NCBI GenBank assembly: GCA_965203055.1 | Contig: OZ241863.1 | Location: 992,001-1,056,000 of the forward strand | DNA: 64,000 bases | Origin: Spirochaetia bacterium | Lineage (GTDB): Bacteria > Spirochaetota > Spirochaetia > SZUA-6 > Bin103 | Direction: 5' to 3' | Part shown: positions 19,305 to 27,987 of the stretch, piece after piece | How positions within the stretch are numbered: position 1 is the first letter of the stretch | How the letters are laid out: each line of letters starts with the position of its first letter | Translations under genes and position numbers: made by a program | The notes under the pieces: model-generated | Told to the model about the DNA's origin: nothing | The model's input: only the letters and a program-made list of their open reading frames with translations | Database searches by the model: none

Positions 19305-20522
19305 TTGCCGCCCGCGGAGCCAGGCCGGCGCGCGCCGCCGGACGCGCGGCGCGAGCCGGCGGAGCCCACCGAGTTGGTGCGGGCGCTGCACGCCGCGCCG
19401 CAGCAGGCGGTGCTGGAGTTGGCCGGCGGTACCCAGGCGCTGGCGTGGCTGCATGCCGTGGGCGGCTCGTCGCGGACGGTGCTGGAGGCGACCGACCGCT
19501 ACAGCGCGGCCTCGCTGGCGGCGCTGCTCGGGGCCGCGCCGGCCAAGGCGGTGAGCCGCGGCGTGGCGGCGGCCATGGCCGCCGCGGCGCGGCGCCGGGC
19601 GCTGGCGCTGGCCGCGCCCGGCACGCCGGTAGTGGGGGCGGCCTGCACCGCGGCCCTGGCCAGCGACCGGCCGCGGCGCGGCGCGCACCGCGCGGTGGTG
19701 GCGGTGGCCGACGCCCTGGGCAGCGTGATCAGCGACCTGGAGCTGGCCAAGGGGGAGCGCACGCGCCGGCAGGAGGAGGCCGCGGTGAGCCGCCTGCTGC
19801 TGGCGGAGCTGGCCGCCGCGTGCGGCGCCGGGCCGCCGCCGGGCAGGGCCGCGGCAGCCTTGGAGGGCGACGTGGCGAAGCGTGAGTTTCGCCCCTCCGA
19901 GGCGTTCGCCGCGCTCGCCTCGGGCGGTGCCGACTGGCTGCTGCTGGACACCGGCGGCCACCTTGCGGAGGGACCGCCGCGCTGGGACGAGGCGGCCCTG
20001 CTGCCCGGCTCCTACCATCCGCTGCACGCCGGCCATCTGGCGCTGGCCGAGGCCGCGGCCCGGATGCTGCGGCGGCAGGTGGTGTTCGAGCTGACCCTGG
20101 TCAACGCCGACAAGGCCCCCCTCGACTTGGCGGAGGCGCAGCGGCGCGCCGCGCAGTTCGCCGGCCGCGCGCCGCTGGTGCTGTCGCGGCTGCCGCTGTT
20201 CGCCGCCAAGGCGGCCCGGTTTCCGGGCGCGGTGTTCATCGTCGGGATGGACACCGCGGCGCGCTTGCTGGACGCCCGCTTCTATGGCGGCTCCCGCGCC
20301 TCGATGGAGCAGGCGCTGGCCGCCATAGCGCGCTGCGGCGCCAGCTTCCTGGTCGCCGGCCGACGGGTGGGCGGCCGCTACCGCACGCTGGCCGACCTCG
20401 ATCTGGCGCTGCCGGCCGGGCTGCGCCGGCTGTTCCGGGAACTGCCGGAACGTTCCTTCCGGTGCGACCTTTCGTCCAGCGAGATCCGCGCGCGCGGCGC
20501 CCGGCATACGGCGCCGCGGTGA
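19305..20522 (+). CDS. CinA-like plus HIGH nucleotidyltransferase (NadD-like) fusion protein
   Basis: N-part GGSSRTVLE...YS...RRGAHR; C-part PGSYHPLHAGH, NADK, IVGMDT, DLSSSEIR. Start approximate (TTG 19305). Confidence 0.65.
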   Translation: MPPAEPGRRAPPDARREPAEPTELVRALHAAPQQAVLELAGGTQALAWLHAVGGSSRTVLEATDRYSAASLAALLGAAPAKAVSRGVAAAMAAAARRRALALAAPGTPVVGAACTAALASDRPRRGAHRAVVAVADALGSVISDLELAKGERTRRQEEAAVSRLLLAELAAACGAGPPPGRAAAALEGDVAKREFRPSEAFAALASGGADWLLLDTGGHLAEGPPRWDEAALLPGSYHPLHAGHLALAEAAARMLRRQVVFELTLVNADKAPLDLAEAQRRAAQFAGRAPLVLSRLPLFAAKAARFPGAVFIVGMDTAARLLDARFYGGSRASMEQALAAIARCGASFLVAGRRVGGRYRTLADLDLALPAGLRRLFRELPERSFRCDLSSSEIRARGARHTAPR

Positions 20523-21835
20523 CGGGCGCGCGGGCAGGCCCTGCGCCGCGCGGCGGCGGCATCTACTACGGCTGGGTCATCGTCGGCACCTTCTTTCTGC
20601 TCAACGTCGCGGGGCAGGCGAGCGGCACCCTCAACTTCGGGTTGTTCGTGATCCCGATCAGCGAGGAGCTGGGTCTGTCGCGGCAGACGATCGGCTGGGC
20701 GCAGACCGGGCGCCTGTGGGCGGGCGGCCTGAGCGGCGTGGCGATCGGCTGGTGGCTGGATCGCTACGGGCCGCGCGTGCCGGTGCTGGCGGCTATCGCG
20801 ATTGCCACTGCCGGGCTGCTGGTGCTGGCGCGCGTGCAGTCGGCCGCGGTTCTGTTCGGGGTGCTGCTGGCGCTCGGCGCCAGCGGCTGGACCGGCGCAG
20901 GCGGCAGCGCGCTGTTCGCCACGGTCCCGGTGGCGAAGTGGTTCATCCGCCTGCGCGGGCGCGCTACCGGCATGGTGCAGCTTGGCCTCGGCGTGGGCGG
21001 CGCGTTGCTCCTGCCGCTGACGCAGATGCTGATCAGCAACCGCGGCTGGCGGGCGGCGTGGGTGGTTCTTGCCTGGTTCTCCGCGGCCACGCTGCCGCTG
21101 GTGCTGCTGTTGCGCCGCCAGCCCGGCGACATGGGCCTGGAGCCGGACGGGGGGCCGGCGCGGGCCGGGCGCGGCCGCGGCAACGCCCCCGCGCGCGCCG
21201 CCGGCGACCGGCCGCGGCGGGCGGCGGCCGAGGACGTGTGGACCCTGCGCGGCGCCGCGCGCAGCCCCGCCATGTGGCGGCTCTGCGCGGCGTTCGCCAT
21301 CCTTGGCGGTCTGCTCGGCGCCGCCAGCGTGCATCGGGTGCCGCACTGGGTGGAGTTGGGGTTCAGCCCCACGACCGTGTCGATCGCCTTCGGCATCGAC
21401 GCCGCCACCGCCACGGTCACCGCGCTGGCCGCGGGTTTCGTGGTCGAACGGTTGCCGGTGCGCGTGGTCGGCGGCATCTCCTGCAGCCTGTTCTGCGCCG
21501 CGCTGCTGTTGATGGTCGTGGGGCGGGCGTGGCTGCCGCTGCTGCTCGCCTCCACCGTGCTGTTCGGCGCCGGGGTCGGCCTGAACATGGTGGTGCAGGG
21601 GGTGATCTGGGCGCAGTACTACGGCTGGCGCTTCGTCGGTACCATCCGCGGCGTGGTGCTGCCGGTTACGGTGCTCGCCGGCGGATTGGGAGCGCCTCTG
21701 GCCGGCGCGTTGCGCGACGCAAGCGGCAGCTACCGGCTGGCGTGGTTGATCGTGCTGGCGCTGTGCGCCGTCGCCGGCGGCTTGATCTTCGGAACGCGGC
21801 CGCCGCGGGCGCCCGCGCCGCCGGCCCGGCGCTGA
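20519..21835 (+). CDS. MFS transporter
   Basis: IYYGWVIV, GWWLDRYGPR, KWF..RGRATG, about 12 TM; GTGA overlap with the upstream stop. Confidence 0.88.
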   Translation: MTGARAGPAPRGGGIYYGWVIVGTFFLLNVAGQASGTLNFGLFVIPISEELGLSRQTIGWAQTGRLWAGGLSGVAIGWWLDRYGPRVPVLAAIAIATAGLLVLARVQSAAVLFGVLLALGASGWTGAGGSALFATVPVAKWFIRLRGRATGMVQLGLGVGGALLLPLTQMLISNRGWRAAWVVLAWFSAATLPLVLLLRRQPGDMGLEPDGGPARAGRGRGNAPARAAGDRPRRAAAEDVWTLRGAARSPAMWRLCAAFAILGGLLGAASVHRVPHWVELGFSPTTVSIAFGIDAATATVTALAAGFVVERLPVRVVGGISCSLFCAALLLMVVGRAWLPLLLASTVLFGAGVGLNMVVQGVIWAQYYGWRFVGTIRGVVLPVTVLAGGLGAPLAGALRDASGSYRLAWLIVLALCAVAGGLIFGTRPPRAPAPPARR

Positions 21836-21930
21836 CCGCCGGCGGGCCGGCTCGCCCGCGCGCCATCCGCCGCGCGCGGTTGCACGCGGTTGCGCCCGGC
21901 GCCGGTGCGCGCCACTATGAAGCCCGCGCC

Positions 21931-22941
21931 ATGGCAGCTCCCGCCCACCCCTGTCTGACGACCATCGAGACCCATACCTGCGGCCACCCCACGCGGGTGG
22001 TGGTGGACGGCCTGCCGGCTTTGGACGGCGATTCGGTGGCTGCGCAACGCGCCTGCGCTCGCGCCGACCACGATGCCTTGCGCACCCTGTTGTGCTGCGA
22101 GCCGCGCGGCCACGAGGCGATGTACGCCGCCTACGTGGTGCCGTCGCAGGTTGCCGACGTGGGAGTGATCTTCTGCAGCCAGGTCGGTTACGACGACATG
22201 TGCGGACATGGCACCATCGGCGTGGTAACGGCGCTGCTGGCGAGCGGGCGGCTGCCGCGGCGCCGGGAGGTGCGGCTGGAAACGCCGGCCGGGGTGGTCA
22301 CGGCGCGGGCCCGGTGGCAGGGAGAGCGGGTGGCCGCGGTGAGCTTCGACAGCGTGCCGGCATTCATCCGCCACCGCGGCGTCACGGTGGAGGTGCCCGG
22401 CGTGGGCGCGGTGCGCGGCGACATCGCCTTCGGCGGCAACTGGTACCTGTATCTGAACGCGGCCGAGGTGCGCCAGCCGATCGCGCCGGCCGCGATCCCG
22501 GCGCTGCTGCGGCTCGGCAACGAGCTCAAGCAGGCCTGGAACCGCACCGGGCGGCTGGAGCATCCCGAGCAGCCGCAGGTCGCCAACGGTCTGATCGGGG
22601 TCTCGTTCTACGGACCGCCGCGCCGCCGGGCCGGCGCCGACCAGGCCAATCTGGTGGTGGAGAGCGAGACCTTCTATGACCGCTCGCCGTGCGGCACCGG
22701 TACCTGCGGGCGCCTCGCCGCGTTGCACGCCCGCGGCGCGCTGGCGGTCGGCCGCGAGTTCCGCAACGAGGGCATCGCCGGCGGCGTGTTCAGCGCGCGG
22801 ATCGTCGCCGAGACCCGCGTCGGGGAGTTGCCGGCGGTGCTGCCGCGGCTGACCGGAACGGCGTGGATCATGGGCCGGGCGGAATGGAGCCTGGATCCGA
22901 CCGACCCTCTCGGCAGCGCCGGCTGGACCGGCCGCGGCTAA
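21931..22941 (+). CDS. Proline racemase / hydroxyproline epimerase family
   Basis: HTCGHPTR, EPRGH, MCGHGT, DRSPCGTG (both catalytic Cys present). Confidence 0.88.
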   Translation: MAAPAHPCLTTIETHTCGHPTRVVVDGLPALDGDSVAAQRACARADHDALRTLLCCEPRGHEAMYAAYVVPSQVADVGVIFCSQVGYDDMCGHGTIGVVTALLASGRLPRRREVRLETPAGVVTARARWQGERVAAVSFDSVPAFIRHRGVTVEVPGVGAVRGDIAFGGNWYLYLNAAEVRQPIAPAAIPALLRLGNELKQAWNRTGRLEHPEQPQVANGLIGVSFYGPPRRRAGADQANLVVESETFYDRSPCGTGTCGRLAALHARGALAVGREFRNEGIAGGVFSARIVAETRVGELPAVLPRLTGTAWIMGRAEWSLDPTDPLGSAGWTGRG

Positions 22942-23485
22942 CGGGCGGCAGCTCGCGCAGCCACTGCGAGCGTTGCACGAAGCGCTCCGCAAACAGACCG
23001 AGCAGCAGGGCGGAGATGGTCCCGGTGATCAGAAACGCCGGCGCGATCAGCCAGGCGCTCGGGCCGAAGATCAGCAGGCGCGCGCCGGCGATCTGGGCGA
23101 AGTTGCTGGCCAGGGCGCCCATGATGCTGACTCCGACCAGCGACAGGTGCGGGCTCAGCGCGCGGTGCAGCGCCAGCATTACCGCGGCGCTGGCCAGCGA
23201 GCCGGCGGCCGAGAACAGCACGATGTAGGAGAACAGGGTTCCCTGCACCAGTCCCTGCCCGGCGACCTTCAGCCCCACCAGCGTGAAGATCTCGCGCGGC
23301 CGCAGCACCGTGAGGCCGATCAGCACCGGCAGATTGGCCAGCCCCAGCTTCAGAAACGGAACCGGTTTGGGTATGACGTGCTCGACGCCGGCCAGGAACA
23401 ACGCCACCGCGGCCAGCAACGCCAGCCGCCGGCGGCGCTCGTCGAGGCCCTGCGGCGCGCGCGCCGCGGCGGTCGCCGGCGTCAC
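22868..23485 (-). CDS. Gx transporter family (heptaprenyl diphosphate synthase component I-like)
   Basis: [33 protein letters not shown] overlaps the metK stop; 3' end overlaps the convergent racemase. Confidence 0.75.
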   Translation of the reverse strand: MTPATAAARAPQGLDERRRRLALLAAVALFLAGVEHVIPKPVPFLKLGLANLPVLIGLTVLRPREIFTLVGLKVAGQGLVQGTLFSYIVLFSAAGSLASAAVMLALHRALSPHLSLVGVSIMGALASNFAQIAGARLLIFGPSAWLIAPAFLITGTISALLLGLFAERFVQRSQWLRELPPVSRGRSSRRCREGRSDPGSIPPGP

Positions 23486-24636
23486 AGCGCCTGCCGGAGC
23501 TCCTCCGCCCGGTCGGTTCGCTCCCAGGTGAACTCGTCCCTCCCGAAGTGTCCGTAGGTGGCGGTCGGGCGGTAGATGGGCCGCGCGAGCTCCAGCGCCT
23601 CGATGATGGCGCCGGGAGTCAGGTCGAAGAGCCGCCGCACCGCCGCTTCGATGCGCGCCTCCGCCACGCTGCCGGTACCGAAGGTATTGACGTACAGCGA
23701 GACCGGCTCGGCCACCCCGATGGCGTAGGCGAACTGCACCTCGCACTCCCGGCAGACGCCGCTGGCGACGACGTTCTTGGCCACGTAGCGCGCCATGTAC
23801 GCCGCCGAGCGGTCCACCTTGGAGGGATCCTTGCCGGAAAAGGCGCCGCCGCCGTGGCGCGCCTTGCCGCCGTAGGTGTCGACGATCAGCTTGCGCCCGG
23901 TCAGTCCGGTATCGCCGTGCGGGCCGCCCACCACGAAGCGGCCGGTGGGATTGATCAGGTAGGAGACGTTGCCGGCCAACATCTCGGCCGGCAGCGCGCG
24001 CTTGATCACCTCTTCCACCAGTCCCTCGCGGAGCCGGTCCGCCGCCGCCTCCGGCCGGTGCTGATGGGACAACACCACGGTATCGATGGCGGCCGGCCGC
24101 CCGCCGGCGTAGCGCACGGTCACCTGGCACTTGCCGTCGGGGCCGAGAAACGGCAGCAGCCGCTGTTTCCGCACCTGCGCGGCGCGCAGCATGATGGCGT
24201 GGGCGAAGTCGATGGGAGCCGGCATCAGGTGCGGCGTATCGGAGCAGGCGTAGCCGAACATCAGCCCCTGATCGCCGGCGCCCTGCGCTTCGCCGGAGCC
24301 GCGGTCGACGCCGCGGGCGATGTCGGGCGACTGCGCGTGCAAGGTGTTGAGTACCGCGCAGGTCTCGAAGTCGATGCCCAGGCCGGGGTCGTCATACCCG
24401 GCGTCGCGCAGCACGCCGCGCGCCAACTGCTGGGGATCGAACGAGCTGCGCGACCTGATCTCGCCTCCCACCAGGATCAGCCCGGTGGTCGCGAAGGTCT
24501 CGCAGGCGACCCGGGCCGCCGGGTCTTCCGCCAACGCGGCGTCCACCACCGCATCGGAAATCTGATCGCACAGTTTGTCGGGGTGGCCTTCGCCCACGCT
24601 CTCCGAGGTAAACAGGTAGTCGCCGCGCTGGTACAT
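23482..24636 (-). CDS. metK: S-adenosylmethionine synthetase
   Basis: [38 protein letters not shown]. Confidence 0.97.
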   Translation of the reverse strand: MYQRGDYLFTSESVGEGHPDKLCDQISDAVVDAALAEDPAARVACETFATTGLILVGGEIRSRSSFDPQQLARGVLRDAGYDDPGLGIDFETCAVLNTLHAQSPDIARGVDRGSGEAQGAGDQGLMFGYACSDTPHLMPAPIDFAHAIMLRAAQVRKQRLLPFLGPDGKCQVTVRYAGGRPAAIDTVVLSHQHRPEAAADRLREGLVEEVIKRALPAEMLAGNVSYLINPTGRFVVGGPHGDTGLTGRKLIVDTYGGKARHGGGAFSGKDPSKVDRSAAYMARYVAKNVVASGVCRECEVQFAYAIGVAEPVSLYVNTFGTGSVAEARIEAAVRRLFDLTPGAIIEALELARPIYRPTATYGHFGRDEFTWERTDRAEELRQAL

Positions 24637-24754
24637 GATCCGGGTGCAAGGTAGCGCTGAGCGCCGGGCGCCGCAAGACGCGCCCCGGCTGATTGCCCCT
24701 GGGGGCGCTCAACGGTATGGTTCGCTCGTGGCGGTATGCGGAGGTTGATGGACC

Positions 24755-25579
24755 ATGAGCGCAGTTCTCTCGCCGGTCGCGGTTGAGTATCCGAGCACGG
24801 ACGGCAAGCCGGTGGCGGAAAGCGATTTTCAGCGCGATTACCTGTTGTACGTGGTGGATGCGCTGCAGGAGCACTTTCGAGCGCGGCGGGACGTGTACGT
24901 GACGGGGAACCTGTTGCTGTATTACGAGGAAGGGAACCGCCGCGCGATGGTGGCGCCGGACGTGTTCGTGGTGATGGGAGCGGCGAACCATCGGCGCAGT
25001 TCGTATCTGTTGTGGCAGGAGCCGAAGGGGCCTGACTTCGTGATGGAGGTGACGTCGAAGAGCACGCGGCAGGAAGATCAGGGAGCGAAGCGGGAGTTGT
25101 ACCGGCGGCTGGGGGTGCGGGAGTACTGGCAGTACGATCCGACCGGGGACTATCTGGCGCCGGCGCTGCAGGGCTACGAGTTGCGCGGCGGGGAGTATGA
25201 GCGGCTGCCGGGGCGGGAATTGGCGGCGGGGGTGGTGGCGCTGGGCAGCGCGGTGTTGGGGCTGGAACTGCGGCTGGACGGCGGCGATCTGCGGCTGTAC
25301 GACCCGGTCGCGGGGCGGGCGCTGGGCACCCGGGAGGAGATCGAAGCGGACCTGAGGGAGCGGGATGCGGAGCTGCGGGAGCGGGACGCGGAGCTGCGGG
25401 AGCGGAACGCGGAGATGCGGGAGCGGAACGCGGACTTGAAGGAGACCGCAGCGGAGCTTCGGGCGGCGGAAGCGCGGCTCCGGGAGGAAGTTGCGGCGCG
25501 GCAGCGGGAGACCGCCGCCCGCGCCGCCGCCGAGGCGCGGGCGGCCGAACTGGAGGCGCTGCTGCGCAAGATGACATAG
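24755..25579 (+). CDS. Uma2-family endonuclease-fold protein with coiled-coil tail
   Basis: YPSTDGKPVAES, VAPDVFVV, PDFVMEVTSKST, LGVREYWQYDP. Confidence 0.88.
   Translation: MSAVLSPVAVEYPSTDGKPVAESDFQRDYLLYVVDALQEHFRARRDVYVTGNLLLYYEEGNRRAMVAPDVFVVMGAANHRRSSYLLWQEPKGPDFVMEVTSKSTRQEDQGAKRELYRRLGVREYWQYDPTGDYLAPALQGYELRGGEYERLPGRELAAGVVALGSAVLGLELRLDGGDLRLYDPVAGRALGTREEIEADLRERDAELRERDAELRERNAEMRERNADLKETAAELRAAEARLREEVAARQRETAARAAAEARAAELEALLRKMT
25358..25441 (+). repeat. 21-bp tandem repeat x4 (ER[DN]AE[LM]R heptads)
   Basis: GAGCGGGATGCGGAGCTGCGG-like units at 25358, 25379, 25400 and 25421. Confidence 0.85.
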
Positions 25580-25580
25580 A

Positions 25581-27014
25581 GTGCAGGCCGTGATTCGTGT
25601 CGATCCGCGCCTCGGCATGCACGCGCCCGCCGAGGCTGACGACCGCGGCGCCGCGCGGGAGGCCTTGCGGCAGCGGTTCAGTGACCGCCTGATCGTGCGG
25701 CGCGATCTGAATCGCCGCTTGGTGTCGTACCAGGCGAACAAGGAGCAGCCCGGGCTGCGCTGGTTCAAGTACAAGGAGGGGTTCTCCTCGGAGCTGGTCC
25801 GCGACGCGCTGCGCGCCGGCCCCGGCCCCGTGTTGGATCCATTCGCCGGCATCGGCACCGCGGTGCTGGTCGCCGGAGCGGCGCGCCGCCCCGCCACCGG
25901 CATCGAGATCATGCCGGTCGGCGCGCGGGCTGCCCGCGCCATCGCCCTGGCGGCCCAACTGTCCGGCGGCGACCGGTTCGAACGCGCGGCACGCGGGCTG
26001 CTGGAGGCGCTCGGCGGCCGGGATGCCGATCCGGCGTTCCGCTTTCCGCATGTCCCGATCACCGCGCGGGCATTCCCGCCGGAGACCGAGGATGCCATCG
26101 CCAAGGCGAGAGCCTTTCTGGATCGGTTGGAGGAAGGGCCGATCCGGCTGCTCCTCGACGTCGCCTGCATGAGCGTCCTGGAAGAGGTGAGCTACACGCG
26201 CAAGGACGGGCAGTACCTGCGTTGGGACCTGCGGTGCGGGCGCGCGTTGCGCAGCGGCATGCACAAGGGGCCGATCCCCGGCTATGCCGAAGCGCTGGCC
26301 CGCCGCATCCGCGAGATGCTGCACGACGCGCCCCTGCTCGCGCAACGCTACCGCGGCCCTGCGCCGCGCATCATCGAAGGCTCCGTCCTGCGGGAGCTGC
26401 CGCGGCTTGCCGGCGGTTCGGTGGGCTTGACCGTCACCTCGCCGCCCTATGCCAATCGCTACGATTACACGCGCACCTATGCGCTGGAACTGGCATGGCT
26501 CGGCTACGACCGAACCGCGTTCGGGCAGTTGCGGCAGGAGTTGATAAGCTCGACCGTCGAAAATCGGTCCAAGGAAGCGCTGCTCACCCGCGAGTACCCG
26601 CGCCCGGAGGTGCTGGCGCAGGCCCGCGCCGCGCTCGACTCGCAGGCGGCGCTCGCCGAAGTGCTGGATGCCCTGCGCGCGCGGCAGGCCGAGCTGAGCA
26701 ACCCGCACGTCATTCGTCTGGTCGCCAACTACTGCTGCGAGATGGCGGTGGTGATCGCCGAGTTGGCGCGCATCACCCGGCCCGGCGGCTGGGTAATCAT
26801 GGTCAATGACAACGTTCAGTACCACGGCGAGGAGGTACCGGTAGACCTGATCCTGGCGGACATAGCGGAGCAGTGCGGGTTCTCCTGCGAGGAGATCAGC
26901 GTGCTGCCGCGCGGCAAGGGCAACGCCAGCCAGCAGATGGGCCGCTTCGGCCGCCGCGAACTCCGTAAATGCGTCTACCGTTGGCGGCGGACCGGGAGCG
27001 GACCCGATGGTTGA
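25581..27014 (+). CDS. Type II DNA methyltransferase, N4-cytosine type
   Basis: RWFKYKEGFS, VLDPFAGIGT (motif I), TSPPYANRYDY (motif IV); start uncertain. Confidence 0.85.
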   Translation: MQAVIRVDPRLGMHAPAEADDRGAAREALRQRFSDRLIVRRDLNRRLVSYQANKEQPGLRWFKYKEGFSSELVRDALRAGPGPVLDPFAGIGTAVLVAGAARRPATGIEIMPVGARAARAIALAAQLSGGDRFERAARGLLEALGGRDADPAFRFPHVPITARAFPPETEDAIAKARAFLDRLEEGPIRLLLDVACMSVLEEVSYTRKDGQYLRWDLRCGRALRSGMHKGPIPGYAEALARRIREMLHDAPLLAQRYRGPAPRIIEGSVLRELPRLAGGSVGLTVTSPPYANRYDYTRTYALELAWLGYDRTAFGQLRQELISSTVENRSKEALLTREYPRPEVLAQARAALDSQAALAEVLDALRARQAELSNPHVIRLVANYCCEMAVVIAELARITRPGGWVIMVNDNVQYHGEEVPVDLILADIAEQCGFSCEEISVLPRGKGNASQQMGRFGRRELRKCVYRWRRTGSGPDG

Positions 27015-27941
27015 ACGTGGCCGCATGCAGGACGCTATCGCCCGTGCCCGCAAGATCGCCGGGCGAATTGCGAAGGGAGAGGATCTGCGAATACGCGCGG
27101 AGATCGAGCGATTCGGACGTGAACTCGATTATACCGATCGAACTTCACTGTGTGTTGCAGAGGACGCTTGGCGGTACGTAACTGGCGCAGGCATCGAGCC
27201 ACGTTTGGTCTTCGCCCATCCGGAGCTTCTCAAGACCATACCCAACGCCTCCCTGCACTACCGGGGCATCGCGCTGCTCTCGCGCAAGCGAGTTCAGGAA
27301 ATCGCCGGATCGATCGACAACTGGGAGCGACAACCCCCGACCGCCCGAGTCAGCGATTCGAAGGCGTTGAAGGTATGCCGTCTGTATAACGCGGTCATCA
27401 GTTCGCTGATCGTAGATCACACCGAGTGGACGGTGGATGACGGCTATCGGAACATTCTCGCGACCATGGGCATCACCGAAGACGGCGCCATCCGCAACAT
27501 CATCGGACAGGAGGCTGAGCTGGCGATCAAGAAGCGCTCGTCGACTGGGTACGATCTCAAGGATTGCTGGTCAACTCTGACGAATCCCGCGATGAATGGG
27601 AGTTGACCGACGGAATCCGTATGTTATTTGGCTCCGAACCCGACATCGGATTCGAGAAGAACGGGAAATGGGCCGTGATCATCGAAGTGAAGGGCGGTAA
27701 GGATCCAGCAGGAGCGTTGGAACGACTCGGCGCTATCAAGAAGACGTTCGACGAGGCGCCGGTCGATTGCAAGAGCTTCCTCATCGTCGGCGTCGTTACT
27801 GCGACGATGCGCTCCAGACTCCGCGAGATGCGCATGGAAAAGGATTTCGACATAGATCGGTTACTCGACGATGAGCGCGAATGGACTATCTTCATGAACG
27901 AAATCTTCCATCACGGACTGCGAATAACACCGGAGGTATAA
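27007..27941 (+). pseudogene. XcyI-family restriction endonuclease, split by a frameshift near 27537
   Basis: Frame A ends ...GAIRNIIG..AIKKR; the -1 frame continues LVDWVRSQG...FGSEPDI...IEVKGGKD..GALERLG (PD-(D/E)xK core). Confidence 0.7.
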
Positions 27942-27987
27942 TCGCCGCCTCTCGGATTATCTACCGGCCGACGTACAATGAGCGCAA

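Noticed and set aside
18363..20522. 719-aa ORF as one protein
   Set aside because: The first half is an off-frame overlap of the PhyH gene; only about 19305 onward has protein-like motifs
24637..24754. SAM riboswitch upstream of metK
   Set aside because: No recognisable SAM-I/II motif; only a short inverted repeat and divergent -10-like boxes
25358..25441. Short repeats as a CRISPR array
   Set aside because: No spacers, in-frame coding heptads, and no cas genes
27525..27540. Programmed ribosomal frameshift in the endonuclease
   Set aside because: No X-XXY-YYZ slippery heptamer or homopolymer; a simple deletion or sequencing error is more likely
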